64,000 bases of DNA from Octopus vulgaris (taxonomy: Eukaryota): assembly GCA_951406725.2 (NCBI GenBank), contig OX597814.1:12710001-12774000 (forward strand). The letters run 5' to 3'. Positions 26,977-39,800 of this stretch are shown in pieces. Below the pieces are notes generated by a model. That model had not been told where the DNA came from and did no database searches. It saw only the letters and a list, made by a program, of their open reading frames with translations. Both the position numbers and the translations under genes were made by a program. The stretch's first letter is position 1. Each line of letters opens with the position of its first letter.

Positions 26977-27319
26977 GTGTATTCTCGCACAATATAACTA
27001 ACATTTAATACAGAACATACATTTCAAGGGACATTATTAGAGAAGATATTAATTTTTAATATAAAAGACCCTACAAATAAAAAAATTATTTACAATTTCG
27101 AGGACCATTCAAGTAGGCATCAATTCATCTATATATTTACCTACCTATTTCTGTGGCTAGAATTACTCTATACAAATAGAATTACTCTATATGTGCGCGA
27201 TACACACACATTTCTCAGTTTCTATAATATAATTGATTACAAACTGTATTTTACAGACGCACATACCTATACAATGTAAGAAAAACACTATATATTTATA
27301 TATGTATATATATATATAG

Positions 27320-27550
27320 ATAATATTAATTAGAGACAAAACCACTATTATGCAAATCAAACAAAGAAAGACTTAATCCAATACATAAAAAAAATTTTAT
27401 ATAAATTAATGGATTAAGTCTTTCTTTGTTTGATTTGCATAATAGTGGTTTTGTCTCTAATTAATATTATATTATATTTTACTATAGAATTGGATTCAAT
27501 CTTAAATCTGATTTTTCCCTGTAAATTTGGATTTATTCCCTAATATTTAT
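27320..27550. mobile_element. Fold-back PLE-like terminus ('agagacaaaaccactatt' family): 61-bp inverted arms plus one-sided tail
   Basis: 27320-27380 is the reverse complement of 27410-27470. Tail ttggattcaatc...ccctgtaaatttggatttattccctaat. (TA)n lies on both sides. Confidence 0.8.
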
Positions 27551-27628
<78 letters not shown>

Positions 27629-27629
<1 letters not shown>

Positions 27630-27907
27630 TTTATTTAAAGCAGCAGAAAATTCAACAAAACCTGTTACTCTGAGTTTCCCGTTGCCGTTCATCGGACAGT
27701 TTTTGCTAGAATGGAATCGATATGTCAATTCTATCCAGACATATCGGTTCTATTCTAGCAAAAACTGTCCGATGAACGGCAACGGGAAACTCAGAGTAAC
27801 AGGTTTTGTTGAATTTTCTGCTGCTTTAAATAAAGCATATTACTCTACCACTGGTATTTGAGTACTCTTTTTTCCACCTTGTTTCACATTTATGTGTTTA
27901 CTCCGGT
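27629..27907. mobile_element. Fold-back hammerhead-bearing module: 98-bp arms, 11-nt loop, one-sided ~70-bp tail, within (TA)n
   Basis: 27629-27726 pairs with 27738-27835 (2 differences). Confidence 0.85.
27765..27802 (+). ncRNA. Minimal type I hammerhead-like motif with variant core (mirror copy on the - strand at 27662-27699)
   Basis: CTGT-CCGATGA-A-CG(GCAA)CG-G-GAAA-CTCAGAG-TA-ACAG. U4 is replaced by C, stem II is 2 bp with a GNRA loop, and stem III is nearly palindromic. Confidence 0.65.
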
Positions 27908-28020
27908 ATATATATATATATATATACATAAATGCGTAATGATGTCTGTGTGTGTGTTTGGGGTTACTCTAACTCCTCCTATACCGACGAACTGATTTTA
28001 ATGATTTTAGCACATAGGTA

Positions 28021-28205
28021 CAGGGGTTGGACAAAATAATGGAAACACCTTAAAATTTCAAACAAATTTATTTTAACATGGGGTAGAACTGCCGTTGGCA
28101 GTAATTACACCTTGAATTCTACGTGGTTTGGAATCCTAAAACGTTTCTAAAGGAATTTTCGTCCATCCTTCAGCTAAAACAGTCTCCAGTTCTTGTAGTG
28201 ATGGA
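28021..28205 (-). mobile_element. Tc1 3' terminus with TIR, same family as 1-882
   Basis: TA|caggggttggacaaaataatggaaacacc. The remainder is the reverse complement of about 739-882. Confidence 0.88.
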
Positions 28206-29623
28206 TGGGGGGGTATAGTAAATGCGTTTATTTAATTTAAAAGAGATTGAAAAAGGCACAAATACAAATAAGCACTTCCTTAAAGATATTATTATCAATT
28301 TTGTAGAATTTTCCCACGTGATTACAGTTCATGTAAATTAATTGGGGCCAGCATCGAGATTGACAAAAAATCGATAATTGAGCGCGAGCGGCAGATTTTA
28401 AGAAATCAATAGGCATTTTGTATGCAATTACCCATAAGATTAATATTTTATATTGTAACGTTTACAGAATTCATCCGGGTTTAATGAAATTTGACATTTA
28501 GGTAAAGTTTATGTTAGGAGTCATGTAGTAGAATTGAAATTAAACTAGTGAATGACAGAAATCGTCAAAATTCAATCACAATTAAATAATGAACTGATTT
28601 TGAAGAAAACTGACCCATGAATAACATTAAGCAATTCAACATATGAAACATAGATTATTCATATAATGTATTGTGATTTAAAAGTGAATGGGATATTTTC
28701 ATGTAAATGGTCAGATGGATTCTATTTTATGACATAACCTTAATACTTTTTTTCGAATTTTGCTGAGATTAGACACGCTGATTATTAAGGGGAGAGAAAT
28801 AAACAAACATCACTCTCTACGGGTCACGGTACACCCAAAAGTTTTACTACAATTTCAGACGGTTCAGTATGTGGGTGTATGTCGAAAACGTTAACCGTGT
28901 AAAATCCCTGCCGAACCAGATATAACATCTTAATGGTCGTCTTCATTACTCTTCCTTCCCTGGGGGCTGAACACTTTTTCTACAGATAGATGATAACAAC
29001 ACGTTGCTAAATTTTGGCAATTTACAAGAGAATCTGTAATATTTACTTTGAAATCTTCTTTAAACTGTCAGGTGTCAATTTAACTAGAAAAAAAAAAAAA
29101 CAAGAATAAACAATGCAATTACTATAAGAACGGATTCGTGTAACGTATCGGACTCTCAGAGCTCTAGCATCACTGCCTCATAGTCAACCTATGAACTTTC
29201 CAGGCCAGCCACATTTTGTGCCTTATTTATTGTAACAAATTATCGCTCAGGTAACAATTATGTGGCATTCTGTAAAATACACACACACACACACCCCCCT
29301 ACATATTGAAAGTTACAGGAACATTTCAACTACCTTATTAAAATGCAAATTACAAACAAATATAAAAATTACATATGAAGATTTATTATCAATTAGTTTC
29401 ACTTTCTCGCTCTGCATATATTTATATATATATATTCTTTTATTCTTTTATTCTTTTATTCTGGATATATATATGTTTATATATATATATATATATATGT
29501 CTATATAAGTGTGTTTGTGTGTGTGTGTGTGTGTATAAAAATAATTTTCAATCTACGTACAATTTTTACCATTGGCATAAATTATTATTCTTAATAATTT
29601 TTACCCTTATGATGTTTGTATAC

Positions 29624-29658
<35 letters not shown>

Positions 29659-29982
29659 ATTATGTATACATTCATGCATCTTTGTAAGAATATATCTATA
29701 TATGTATATTGAGAAAATTCAAGGAGTATACGTCCATTGGCATATATTGCTAGGTAGGTATGTACACTGAGTGCTTAAGTACATTTACTACCAAAATTCC
29801 AGCCTGGAGTACGAATGGGAAGGCGGTCTATTGAAATTGCGAAGCCAAAGCAGGTAGAAGCAATACTTCATTTACCGGATGTAAAAAGTTCAAGAATGGA
29901 AGACGGACAAGTAAACCTCTGGCGTTATCCGAGGATGTCTACTTCATAAAAAGAGTAAAACTACAGTATAGATAAATCGGAG

Positions 29983-30049
<67 letters not shown>

Positions 30050-30054
<5 letters not shown>

Positions 30055-30191
30055 TTAGGGAATAAATCCAAATTTACAGGGAAAAAATCAGATTTAGGAT
30101 TAAATCCAATTTTATAGTAAAATATTATAAAATATTATTAGAGACAAAATCACTATTTTGCAATTGCAAAATAGTGGTTTTGTCTCTAATA

Positions 30192-30201
<10 letters not shown>
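30050..30201. mobile_element. Fold-back PLE-like terminus, loop-less 76-bp palindrome plus tail (opposite orientation to 27320)
   Basis: 30126-30201 is a palindrome centred on CAATTG with 1 mismatch. 30050-30125 is the reverse complement of the family tail. Confidence 0.8.
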
Positions 30202-30231
<30 letters not shown>

Positions 30232-30234
<3 letters not shown>

Positions 30235-30597
30235 AAAGATAAATGCGATACAATAAAATTAATTATAATCGCCGGTGTACCAGTACACGCCATATATTAT
30301 ACATATATCATTACATTCAAGGCGAAGAGTGCACTAGATACACAATAGCTGGATAAATTTAGTGAGATGAAAATTAAAAACTTTTACAAACTTAGCTTAT
30401 CTTATACTGCAGTTTCGCCAAATTCAGTAATAAAAATAGTATTTATTTACTCAGGCTGGCTCTTCAGTAAGATTCCTGTTAAGATTCCCATCATTAACAG
30501 GAATCTTACTGAAGAGCCAGCCTGAGTAAATAAATACTATTTTTATTACTGAATTTGGCGAAACTGCAGTATAAGATAAGCTAAGTTTGTAAAAGTC

Positions 30598-30600
<3 letters not shown>
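30232..30600. mobile_element. Fold-back hammerhead-bearing module: 103-bp arms, 11-nt loop, one-sided ~150-bp extension, within (TA)n
   Basis: 30380-30482 is the reverse complement of 30494-30596, with no mismatch seen. Confidence 0.88.
30503..30577 (+). ncRNA. Type I hammerhead ribozyme, intact core (identical mirror copy on the - strand at 30399-30473)
   Basis: ATCTTA-CTGAAGA-GCCAG...TTGGC-GAAA-CTGCAG-TA-TAAGAT. Perfect 6-bp stem I, G-C-closed stem II, palindromic stem III, GUA site. Confidence 0.88.
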
Positions 30601-30654
<54 letters not shown>

Positions 30655-30679
30655 CATACACACACATACATATATATAC

Positions 30680-30800
30680 ATATATACGACGGGTTTCTTT
30701 CGGTTTTCATCTACCAATCCACTCTATAGTAGAAGACACTTGCCTAAGGTGCCACGCAGTGGGTATGAACCCGGAACCCACGCAGCCATTCCTGCGCCTA
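30680..30800 (-). mobile_element. SINE family A, deleted 5' portion
   Basis: Matches the reverse complement of 4100-4268 with internal deletions. Confidence 0.85.
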
Positions 30801-30816
30801 TATACATACATGCATA

Positions 30817-30875
<59 letters not shown>

Positions 30876-31087
30876 ATGTTAGATCCGGGGATCGAAGTGT
30901 ACGAAGAAACTTAACTTTAAGCAATCCGTAGTAAATATATAAAATATATGTGGATTGGAAGTTCGATGAACTTAATATATGTTGAATCGAAGTTCGATGA
31001 ACTTAAACAAGTTCGTTTTATATTCCATGGTAGGTGACAAGGGTTACTGGGTGTGCGAATAAGAATACAGGAGTAATGGAGTAGATA

Positions 31088-31186
31088 ATATCCGGACTAC
31101 ATATGTTTCATAGCGAGCGGAACATCAGAAACGGTAAATATCCAAGCGACGTGTATACCGCAGGCTACTCTTCAGGCAAAGGATAT
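31088..31186 (-). ncRNA. Type I hammerhead ribozyme motif
   Basis: Minus strand ATATCC-tttGC-CTGAAGA-GTAGC...GCTAT-GAAA-CATATG-TA-GTc-c-GGATAT. Stem I is bulged, stem II has 5 bp and a long loop, stem III is palindromic. Lies in the module 30878-31245, which is flanked by (TG)n/(TA)n. Confidence 0.78.
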
Positions 31187-31244
31187 CTTGATTGAAAAAT
31201 AGTTTCTGCTCGCTATGAAAATTATGTTTTCCATTCCATAACTC

Positions 31245-31312
<68 letters not shown>

Positions 31313-31314
31313 TA

Positions 31315-32465
31315 TGTAGAGGGCTGAAAAGGAATATTTATATGGAAAAAAGTCAAGGCAGAAAATGCTAAAATAATTTTATAAAAAACTTGAAAACATG
31401 TCAGTACCGGTTTCGGTCATTGAGATTTTTTAAACTGTAAATATGAAAAATAATTAAATTTTATAAAAATTAAATGAAAAGTTAAAAAAAATATTTGCAT
31501 TGTATTCAAATACAAGTTGCATTTTCCTTGTTTCTGCCTGTCTCTATTTCTCTTGTGTACTGTTGTGGGATCGAGGTCGTTGTGAATTCTTGGCAGAGAA
31601 GAAGAAGAAGAAGGAAGAAGAAGAAGAAGAAGAAGAAGAAGAAGAAGAAGAAGAAGAAGAAGAAGAAGAAGAGAATGTGGGAGTGCTACGATAGTAGTAG
31701 GATGTTAAAGCGTTAAGTGCCCTGACAGTGACTTGTTGTGGATGGTAGTTGTGATTGAATTCTTGAGATATGTCTTTTGAATGTATTGTTTATAATATTT
31801 ACGTAGCTGTTATAGTAAACAGAGTAGTAGTAAAGTAAGGAAGGCGGTGGCAGAGAGGAAGAAGAAGAGGAAGAAAAAAGGAGAAAAGAGAAAGAATGAT
31901 AAAACAATGCGGGATGGTATGATAGTAGTGGGATATTAAATGGTCAAGTGACCTGAAAGTGATTCGCTGTGGATTATAGCAGTGATTGGGACTGTTTTTA
32001 ATGGATTCTTGGTTATCTCTTTTGAATGTATCAGTTTTAATATTTATGAGTGTATTATTCTAAGGTCTTGGTGGGTATGTCATTTATTGTAGATGCGTTC
32101 ATAAGGGGTCTGTATTCTGTGATAAAGAGAGACTCTTTTGTTTGCCACAGGTTGTATCGTCCCTGAATTGATGGGAAAAATTCTGAAGCTTGGATTTTTG
32201 TTATTAGCGCAAATGTGGATGCGTTGGCGTAATGCTATTTTTCTGTTTGTTTAAAAAAACCCTTATCTGGTGTCTGTGCAGAGCCATCCTTTGACGTAGA
32301 CTGCTTTTTTTGGCCTATGTATTATTCTTAACACCCAGAGCAGTTTAGTGCGTATATCAGGTTCTCCGAAGCACACATGAAGCTGCTTTTCACTGTGAAG
32401 CGTTGTACCTATTTGAAGGAGAGTTCTGATCCCTCAATCAAACTGACGCAGTTGGGTTTTTTGCT
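31315..32465 (-). mobile_element. Neptune-type Penelope-like element 3' part (GIY-YIG, 3' UTR, decayed hammerhead at 31402-31437)
   Basis: Minus strand LIEGSELSFK*VQRFTVKSSFMCASENLIYALNCSGC*E*YIG. The downstream end has ...GACC-GAAA-CCGG-TA-CTG and terminates at (TA)n. Includes (GAA)n at 31606-31671 and a diverged duplication (about 31673-31800 vs 31905-32045). Confidence 0.7.
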
Positions 32466-32552
32466 ACTTAAGAACTGACATGAATGTGCTCGACCATCTT
32501 CCTGAAACAATAAACAAAGACATCTTAATAGTATCTTTCGATGTAGTCAACC
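32466..32552 (+). mobile_element. Inverted short PLE reverse-transcriptase fragment
   Basis: MNVLDHLPETINKDILIVSFDVVN is an RT motif A region (SFDVVNLY type). Confidence 0.65.
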
Positions 32553-33330
32553 AAAGTGTCTTTGTCAGCGGAGAAATTGGAGACGCGCCTGCTAAAGTTG
32601 TTGACTATTTGCTTAATTACTGTTGGTGGATGGTTCGAACTTATGACCATGTACGAGATCGCCTCGTTTAGTTTGTGGTAGGGTCTAAATTTTCCTGTAT
32701 TAAGGTTCATGTTAGTAACTAAGAATTTGACTACTTTAAAGTTGGTACTAATTGTAGTTTTTAGGCCTAATTGGCTAAATATTTTGCATAATTTTTCCTT
32801 ATTGTATCCCTAACATGTCTGTTTTCATTGTATTCTACTCCAAGGCAATCGTCCCTATATACACTTATGTTAGCTTCATTTATTTCTTATTTAAGGATAT
32901 CTAAGTTATGAGAGCCTACAAGGTCAGCTATATCTGCACCGTTATAACTCCCCATATCAAGTAACTCGTCTCCATTCATTCTTACACAATACGAATTATC
33001 ATGAATTAGTAATGGTTTCCTTGCGTTCACAATTATATCTATATCGTTATTTGTTACAGTGGCATATGTCTTACTAAATTCAAGTGCCTTCTGAAGCAAG
33101 CTTTTCGGGATCGAGTGGTAGAGCTCTACGATATCGAATTGTATAAAATTGCATTTGGATTTATCTCTTACTTTCTTAAACCATTCAATAGTTGTACTAC
33201 TGCATATCCATGGAGTAAGATTTGAGTGTGCTGTGATATGTCGTATGATATTATCTAATATGGAATTAATAATAATTCTCAGTTCGCATTTTCTGAGATT
33301 TATTAATATATATCTAGGAGTTTGCAGGAA
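32553..33330 (-). mobile_element. Naiad-type Penelope-like reverse transcriptase remnant
   Basis: Minus strand FIQFDIVELYHSI (motif A, about 33110-33148), MGSYNGADIADLVG (motif B), YRDDCLG (motif C, about 32840-32860), NLNTGKFRPYHK, SNHPPTVIKQI. Confidence 0.88.
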
Positions 33331-33451
33331 GTAATCTTTATGGTCTTTCAGGGTTATGAAACATTTCGTGGGATAAGCTTTTCTATTTTGTCTTCGATTT
33401 TAAACTGTGTATATATACATATATATTTGTGTGTGTGTATATACCCCCCCC

Positions 33452-33493
<42 letters not shown>

Positions 33494-33494
33494 T

Positions 33495-33656
33495 ATTAGA
33501 GACAAAACCACTATTAGGCAAATCAAACAATGTTTGATTTGCCTAATAGTGGTTTTGTCTCTAATTTAATATAATATAAATATTTTATTATAAAGTTGGA
33601 TTCAATCCTAAATCTGATTTTTCCCTGTAAGTTTGGATTTATTCCCTAATATTTAT

Positions 33657-33660
<4 letters not shown>
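33495..33660. mobile_element. Fold-back PLE-like terminus: 35-bp arms, 1-nt loop, plus tail
   Basis: 33495-33565 is a palindrome. The tail matches 27488-27550. (TA)n lies on both sides. Confidence 0.8.
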
Positions 33661-33692
<32 letters not shown>

Positions 33693-34466
33693 AGAGAGAG
33701 AGAGAGAGTTTTGTGTATGTGTATGTATGTGTGTGTACACGGAATCATAGTTTCAATGTAAAATTAGATCCGTGAGACGTTTTTTCAGGAGTTTTTGTGG
33801 AGGAACTTATCTTCGTCTCACATTCAACTCTTAGAATTCGTATCTCTTAAGTGTTAACAGTATTTCAGGAAAACGTCTTCTCTAAACGATAATACAACTC
33901 GTAATTGACTTACTTCGTATATTGTGGAAAGATGAGCTACTTGACAATAATTTCTCGAGTGAATTACGAATAAATATAAGATTTCAGAATTACACTTTAT
34001 TGTTGGACCCTGGTTAAATTTTTAGCAGCGGATCTTATGACTCTAACACAGAATAAATTTAGGATTTTATAATAACATTATGAAAACAAGAAATGTGTGG
34101 TGAAACCTGAGACAATGCTGAAATTGACCATACGTGACAGAACAAGAATTGAATTGAAAGATAAAAAATGGCAGTACAATAAGTATATCTTTATTATAAC
34201 AATGATCGTAACATCATTATATCTAGAAGCCTTACAATGAAGGGAAGACTTATTACATCTCGATGAGAATATGTGATTGCTTCTTAAACTTTATTCGTTG
34301 ATGGCTGATGTCATTATATATTTTCAGGCTTTAAAAGTACAACTGCCTAAGTTCATAAAGGCCTAGCTACTAATAGTTCGTACGTAATTTCAAATCTATT
34401 GATAAACGTTCCAGTATATCAGTTACTAGCTATAACACTAGTGTAAGCAGAGATTATTGTTTACTA

Positions 34467-34693
34467 ATACCTATTTCTTTATTACCCACAAGGGGCTAAA
34501 CATAGAGATGACAAACAAGGACAGACATAGGTATTAAGTCGATTACACCAACCCCAGTGCGTAACTGGTAGTTAATTTATCGACCCCGAAAGGATGAAAG
34601 GCAAAGTCGACCTCGGCGGAATTTGAACTCAGAACGTAGCGGCAGACGAAATACCGCTCAGCATTTCGTTCGGCGCGCTAACGTTTCTGCCAG
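34467..34693 (-). mobile_element. SINE family C
   Basis: Colinear with 6703-6930. Confidence 0.92.
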
Positions 34694-35084
34694 ACGTCTA
34701 TGAATTTCTCTTCACATATAAGGTGAAATCTTCGTCTCTCGTTCATCCTAGGCTCATGTTTTTATAACATCCACTTATTATATCAATAGCTACTACATTA
34801 TATTTCGTTATTTGTTGAGTAATTGTAACTAATTTAACAGGGGATATCCTGATTGTCACTCAAGTGTTTGCGTGTACATAGTAATAATTGCAAAATATTC
34901 CTATAGTTACTTTATATATGTTATTTTGTTTAATATACATATATGTAAAGAGATGATACTGGCTACCTGTTAAATCGATAAATACCTGGCTTATGTAATA
35001 AAAGTGTATTAATTTCATACTTAGATCTGTTATACGTCTACCTATATATGTGTGCAAGTGTTTTTACGTGAGCATGTGTGTATT

Positions 35085-35136
<52 letters not shown>

Positions 35137-35866
35137 TGTGTGGTGATTGTTTGTTTGTGTGTGAGTGTGTGTGTGTGTATGTGTGTGTGTGTTTGCATTT
35201 GTGTGTATCTATGTATAGAAGTATACATGGATGTGTACATGTTTTGTTATTCATTAGGAAGCTGCAATCTTGTAAGCTATAAATATGCGATTTACGCTTT
35301 CGATGCTTAGGAAACTGCGCAAATTGAACAACAATGGCACTTGTCACAAGAGGTTGATTGTAAACTGTAGAAGAATGATTACAAAAGAATCGCATTAAAC
35401 AAATATATATCTTCTTATAGGCATGAATTACTTTAAGAAATGAAAAATTTATCGTTCATATATATATATAGCTGCACAAACATAAACTCACGATTTCTGT
35501 TTACTACCTACATAGCGAGAACAATCTCCATCGTTACCGGTTTTTTTTTTGTTTAGTCCTTTATTTTCACTTTTACTTTGTATCTTATTTTATATTTATT
35601 TTTATCTTTACTTTTTATCATGAATATTTATTTTCTCTTCTTTATATCTATTCTTCTTCTCTAATCTTTTTATTGTTCTATTATATATTCCAGCACGTCT
35701 ATTGTTTCTAAACAACATTTTGCCCTTTGTTTGTGTCCAGTGAAATCCCCAATCATTTTGGCAATTTTGTTTATGAATGACATTGATGTATACATCCCTT
35801 CCAGAATATTTAAGTACTTAGAATTTTAAAGAATTTTCATCTAGATAGAAAATACAAGATTCTTTG

Positions 35867-35938
<72 letters not shown>

Positions 35939-35994
35939 ACTATCTATCTATATGTCTATGCATGTATATATATATATATCTTTTTCTTTCTTTT

Positions 35995-36387
35995 CTCTCT
36001 CTTTTACTTGTTTCAGTCATTTGACTGCAGCCATGCTGGAGCACCGCCTTTAGTCGAGCAAGTCGACCCCGGGACTTATTCTTTGTAAGCCCAGTACTTA
36101 CTCTATCGGTCTCTTTTGCCGAACCGCTAATTGACGGCGACGTAAACACACCAGCATCGGTTGTCAAGCAATGCTAGGGGGACAAACACAGACACACACA
36201 TATACATATATATATACATATATATGACAGGCTTCTTTCAGTTTCCGTCTACCAAATCCAATCACAAGGCATTGGTCGGCCCGAGGCTATAGCAGAAGAC
36301 ACTTGCCCAAGATGCCACGCAGTGGGACTGAACCCGGAACCATGTGGTTGGTTAGCAAGCTACTTACCACACAGCCACTTCTGCGCC
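35995..36387 (-). mobile_element. SINE family A, full length
   Basis: Colinear with 22378-22777. Confidence 0.92.
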
Positions 36388-36394
36388 TTTTTAT

Positions 36395-36435
<41 letters not shown>

Positions 36436-37319
36436 TACACACATGCACACGCATGTATATATGTACATACACACGCATATATATATATAGAATAAAAATT
36501 TATATATAAGGAACGTGAAATACACGAAAGGACGAACACGGAAAACAGACAAGTCATTCGAAGCCTACAATCTTCAGTCAGAAACCGAATCATCATGGTA
36601 AATTTTTAATTACATATATATGTATGTGTGTCTGTATGTGTGTCTGTGCGTGTGTGTATGAATGTATGACTTAGAACCTGGTGTATCAACTATCTGGTAA
36701 TGAATGTGACAGTCAACACCGACTAACCTGCAGACTGCAAATCATCTCTCATAAGGAAAAGGTATCTAAAAAATACACTATTATTAAGCAATTATCTGCA
36801 CATAAACCAGAATATTCAATTATAAAATTCTACACGTTATTACACCACATGTTTTACAACATGTGTGTGTATCTCTGAAGAAAACTCGGTATCTTACTTT
36901 CATTCATAAAGGATTTTGAGAGCCAAAATATTACATTGTTAGGTATAGAAATCCATAACTTTTACCGCCACTTAAACAAGACTCTTCTGTAGTTAATATA
37001 TACCAACACCGTGATGAGTGTCATACCTGTCTTTTGATTTTACCACACAATTCTCTATACCATGTAGATAATGATTATTAAACGTATCAGTTTATTTAGA
37101 TAAGATATTTCTGAATGTAATATAATCGTTCTTTTAAGAGGTACTAATTGATGTCATTTTTAACATTAAGTATATTTTACGAGTAAGGTTGCCAAGAATC
37201 AGCTGAAAACTTAAGTTTATTACCTGTCATTTTAGTGTCTGTTGAAAATGAACAGCCATATAATTGAAAACTTTTTCTTATACGTCTTCATGTTCATTAT
37301 AATTATTTACATATAAACA

Positions 37320-37490
<171 letters not shown>

Positions 37491-38100
37491 CAATCATCGT
37501 CGTCTACGTAAAGCCGGAGATGTTGCAGTCTCAGCGCGTATCTGCGCATCATCAACCACGGCATGCCCGGCCCTTCTTTTAACGGTTGTTGACAGCAAAC
37601 GGATCGCCTGATCATCGGAACGCATCCTTTCCACAAGAAGCGGAAGAGAATGCGTTCTTGTTTGGTGATGATAGGGTTGCGACAAGGCACGACGGTCAGG
37701 CGGTAGTAGATGACGTCGCGATGTACGTGTTCGCTACCTCCGCCCGACCGTTTAGGGACAGCTTTCTCTCGGCCCATTGCCGGGCGAGAGTGACCACCCT
37801 ACGCGTTATCTCGTCCTAGTTCTTTACCATTTGGAGGTCCAGACCAAACCAGACCCCGAGCAACTCGACCGGAACGTCGGTCCAGTGTCCCACAACGGAG
37901 GCGCGGGTGGACGGCATGGACTTGCTTCTCCAGATGCCGAGCCGCAAACCCATCGAATTTTCCCGGTTGATTTTCATTCCTGTTACCGGGAAAAGTCGGT
38001 GGGCTTGCGGCTCGGGTTATGTCGAACGACTGCTGTCACGTGTGGGACGAGTCGGTTTATCAGCCGAGTCTATCGTCAATATCGTCACCCCTCCTTCCTT
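37491..38100 (-). mobile_element. L1/Tx1-like LINE ORF2 fragment (RT C-terminal region)
   Basis: GC-rich island. [32 protein letters not shown] resembles F.W.G....V.R..L..P...GGLG.P. Upstream remnants include KINREN and ELLGVWFGLDL. Confidence 0.8.
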
Positions 38101-39384
38101 CAAACGTAAATAGCAGTTAACTATGTTACCTGAGCTAATGTTCTTTCGGCACTATACTGCGATGTGTCTGAATATTTTATGGATAATTATGGCCAAGCCA
38201 GGTATATTCGTAATCTGAAATAATTTTATGTTTGTCAAACTAAAGATTTTTTTAGCCTTCAATCTGTAGCTTTAAACAAATGTAAATACATCTTGTTATT
38301 TTCATCATATGTGTATTTATATACATATACATACGCACTTTTATTGAAAACAAGAAAACCAAAGCACAATAGTTAAAGTTGATTACATATAACTCTCTCA
38401 TAACTGAGAATTGCACAGGGGTGACCTTGTTTTTTTAATGTATTCAATACGTTAAATTGTCATATGCATACATATTCCTGTTTCGTTTACGTAGTACAGT
38501 TTTAGCTTGTTGGAACATATATTTTTTTGTGAAAAGTGTATGATGTTTATATTGAAACTTGAGTTAGGAATGTGAGACGTGCGGTAAAGTTAACAACTTC
38601 TACCTTTCTGGTTATGTATTTTGACAATTCAACTTTGTATATGTGAGTGTCTGATGTTTTGCGTGGTCATTTTATGGGTGTAACTATATTGACGGAATAC
38701 TCTTACCATTCGAAATACTTTCCTGGTTGTTTCATGTAGAACTCTCATCTTTGGACTTCTCTGATCTGAGATGCTCGATTTCTTTGGTTTTTCTGATGCT
38801 AAAGTTTATCGTCTACCCGTGTCTAAACGCTAATACTTTTCTGTTTTTTTATATAGATTATCGTTTCCAGGAATGAGATATTTGTTTTTTAATGGTCTAG
38901 TTAGATGAGAAACGGGGTACCATGATCTTTTATAACAGGAGGTTATTTCACTCCGGAAATCTGGCACAATACTTGCGTTAGTCTGTATTTCATTAAGCCA
39001 CTGAAAGGATTTGCGGTCTTTATTTATGAACTATTAATATTCAGTGCAATGGAAGTGAACCGAAAATGCGGAGTTGGTTCAATGTTTGTTTATTTTTTGA
39101 TGTATAATTTTTTTTCCACACTGCTATGTCTGAACTTCTAGAAATAAATATCCATCTACCTCAAGCGAGATGAGGGTGGCATTATAGTCGATAAAATGAT
39201 CATATATCTCGATCGTTAACTCTTCGATGCATTACGCTACGCTCGCTTAAAAGTTGATTTGCATTTTAGTCAAATGACTTTCTTTTCTCCATGTCAATAA
39301 AATTAGTGAGTGAAGCATACTTATGATGACTCCGTCAAATATAGATTGTTTAAACCAATATTAACATTTATTTTAAGAAAGCGT

Positions 39385-39800
39385 CGAGCTGGGGAAGAAT
39401 CGTTAGCACGCCGGATAAAATGATTAGCGGTATTTCGTCCGTTTTTACGTTCTGAGTTCAAATTCCGCCGTGGCCGACTTTGCCTTTCATCCTTTCTAGG
39501 ATCGATAAAATAAGTACTAGTTAAGCACTTGAGCCGATATAATGACTTACTCCCCACTAAAATTTTGGGCCTTGTGCCTATAGTAGAAAGAAATATTTAT
39601 TTATTCTAAAGTGACGAGTTACTCTAATCGTTAGCACAACAGGCAAAATGCTCAACAGCATTTCGTCCGCCTTTACATTCTGAGTTCAAATTCTGCCGAG
39701 GTCGACTTTGCCTTGCATCCTTTCGAGGTAGATAAAATACGTAATCGACTTCCCCACCATTCCTCGAAACTGCTGGCCTTGTGGCAAAATTTGAAATAAA
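39385..39800 (+). mobile_element. Two adjacent diverged family-C-like SINEs (about 39385-39592 and 39610-39800)
   Basis: Both contain ttctgagttcaaattc.gccg.gg.cgactttgcctt.catccttt. Confidence 0.85.

Noticed and set aside
29925-29975. TTAT-CCGAGGA...AAAA-CTACAG-TA-TAGATAA; similar decayed strings at 36545-36582, 45218-45250 and 55755-55797
   Set aside because: Probably dead hammerhead relics next to (TA)n, but too many core changes to list as features.
27320-33660. Palindromes interpreted as MITEs or pre-miRNAs
   Set aside because: Arm length varies within a family, a tail is present on one side only, and hammerheads are embedded. This fits PLE fold-back ends better.
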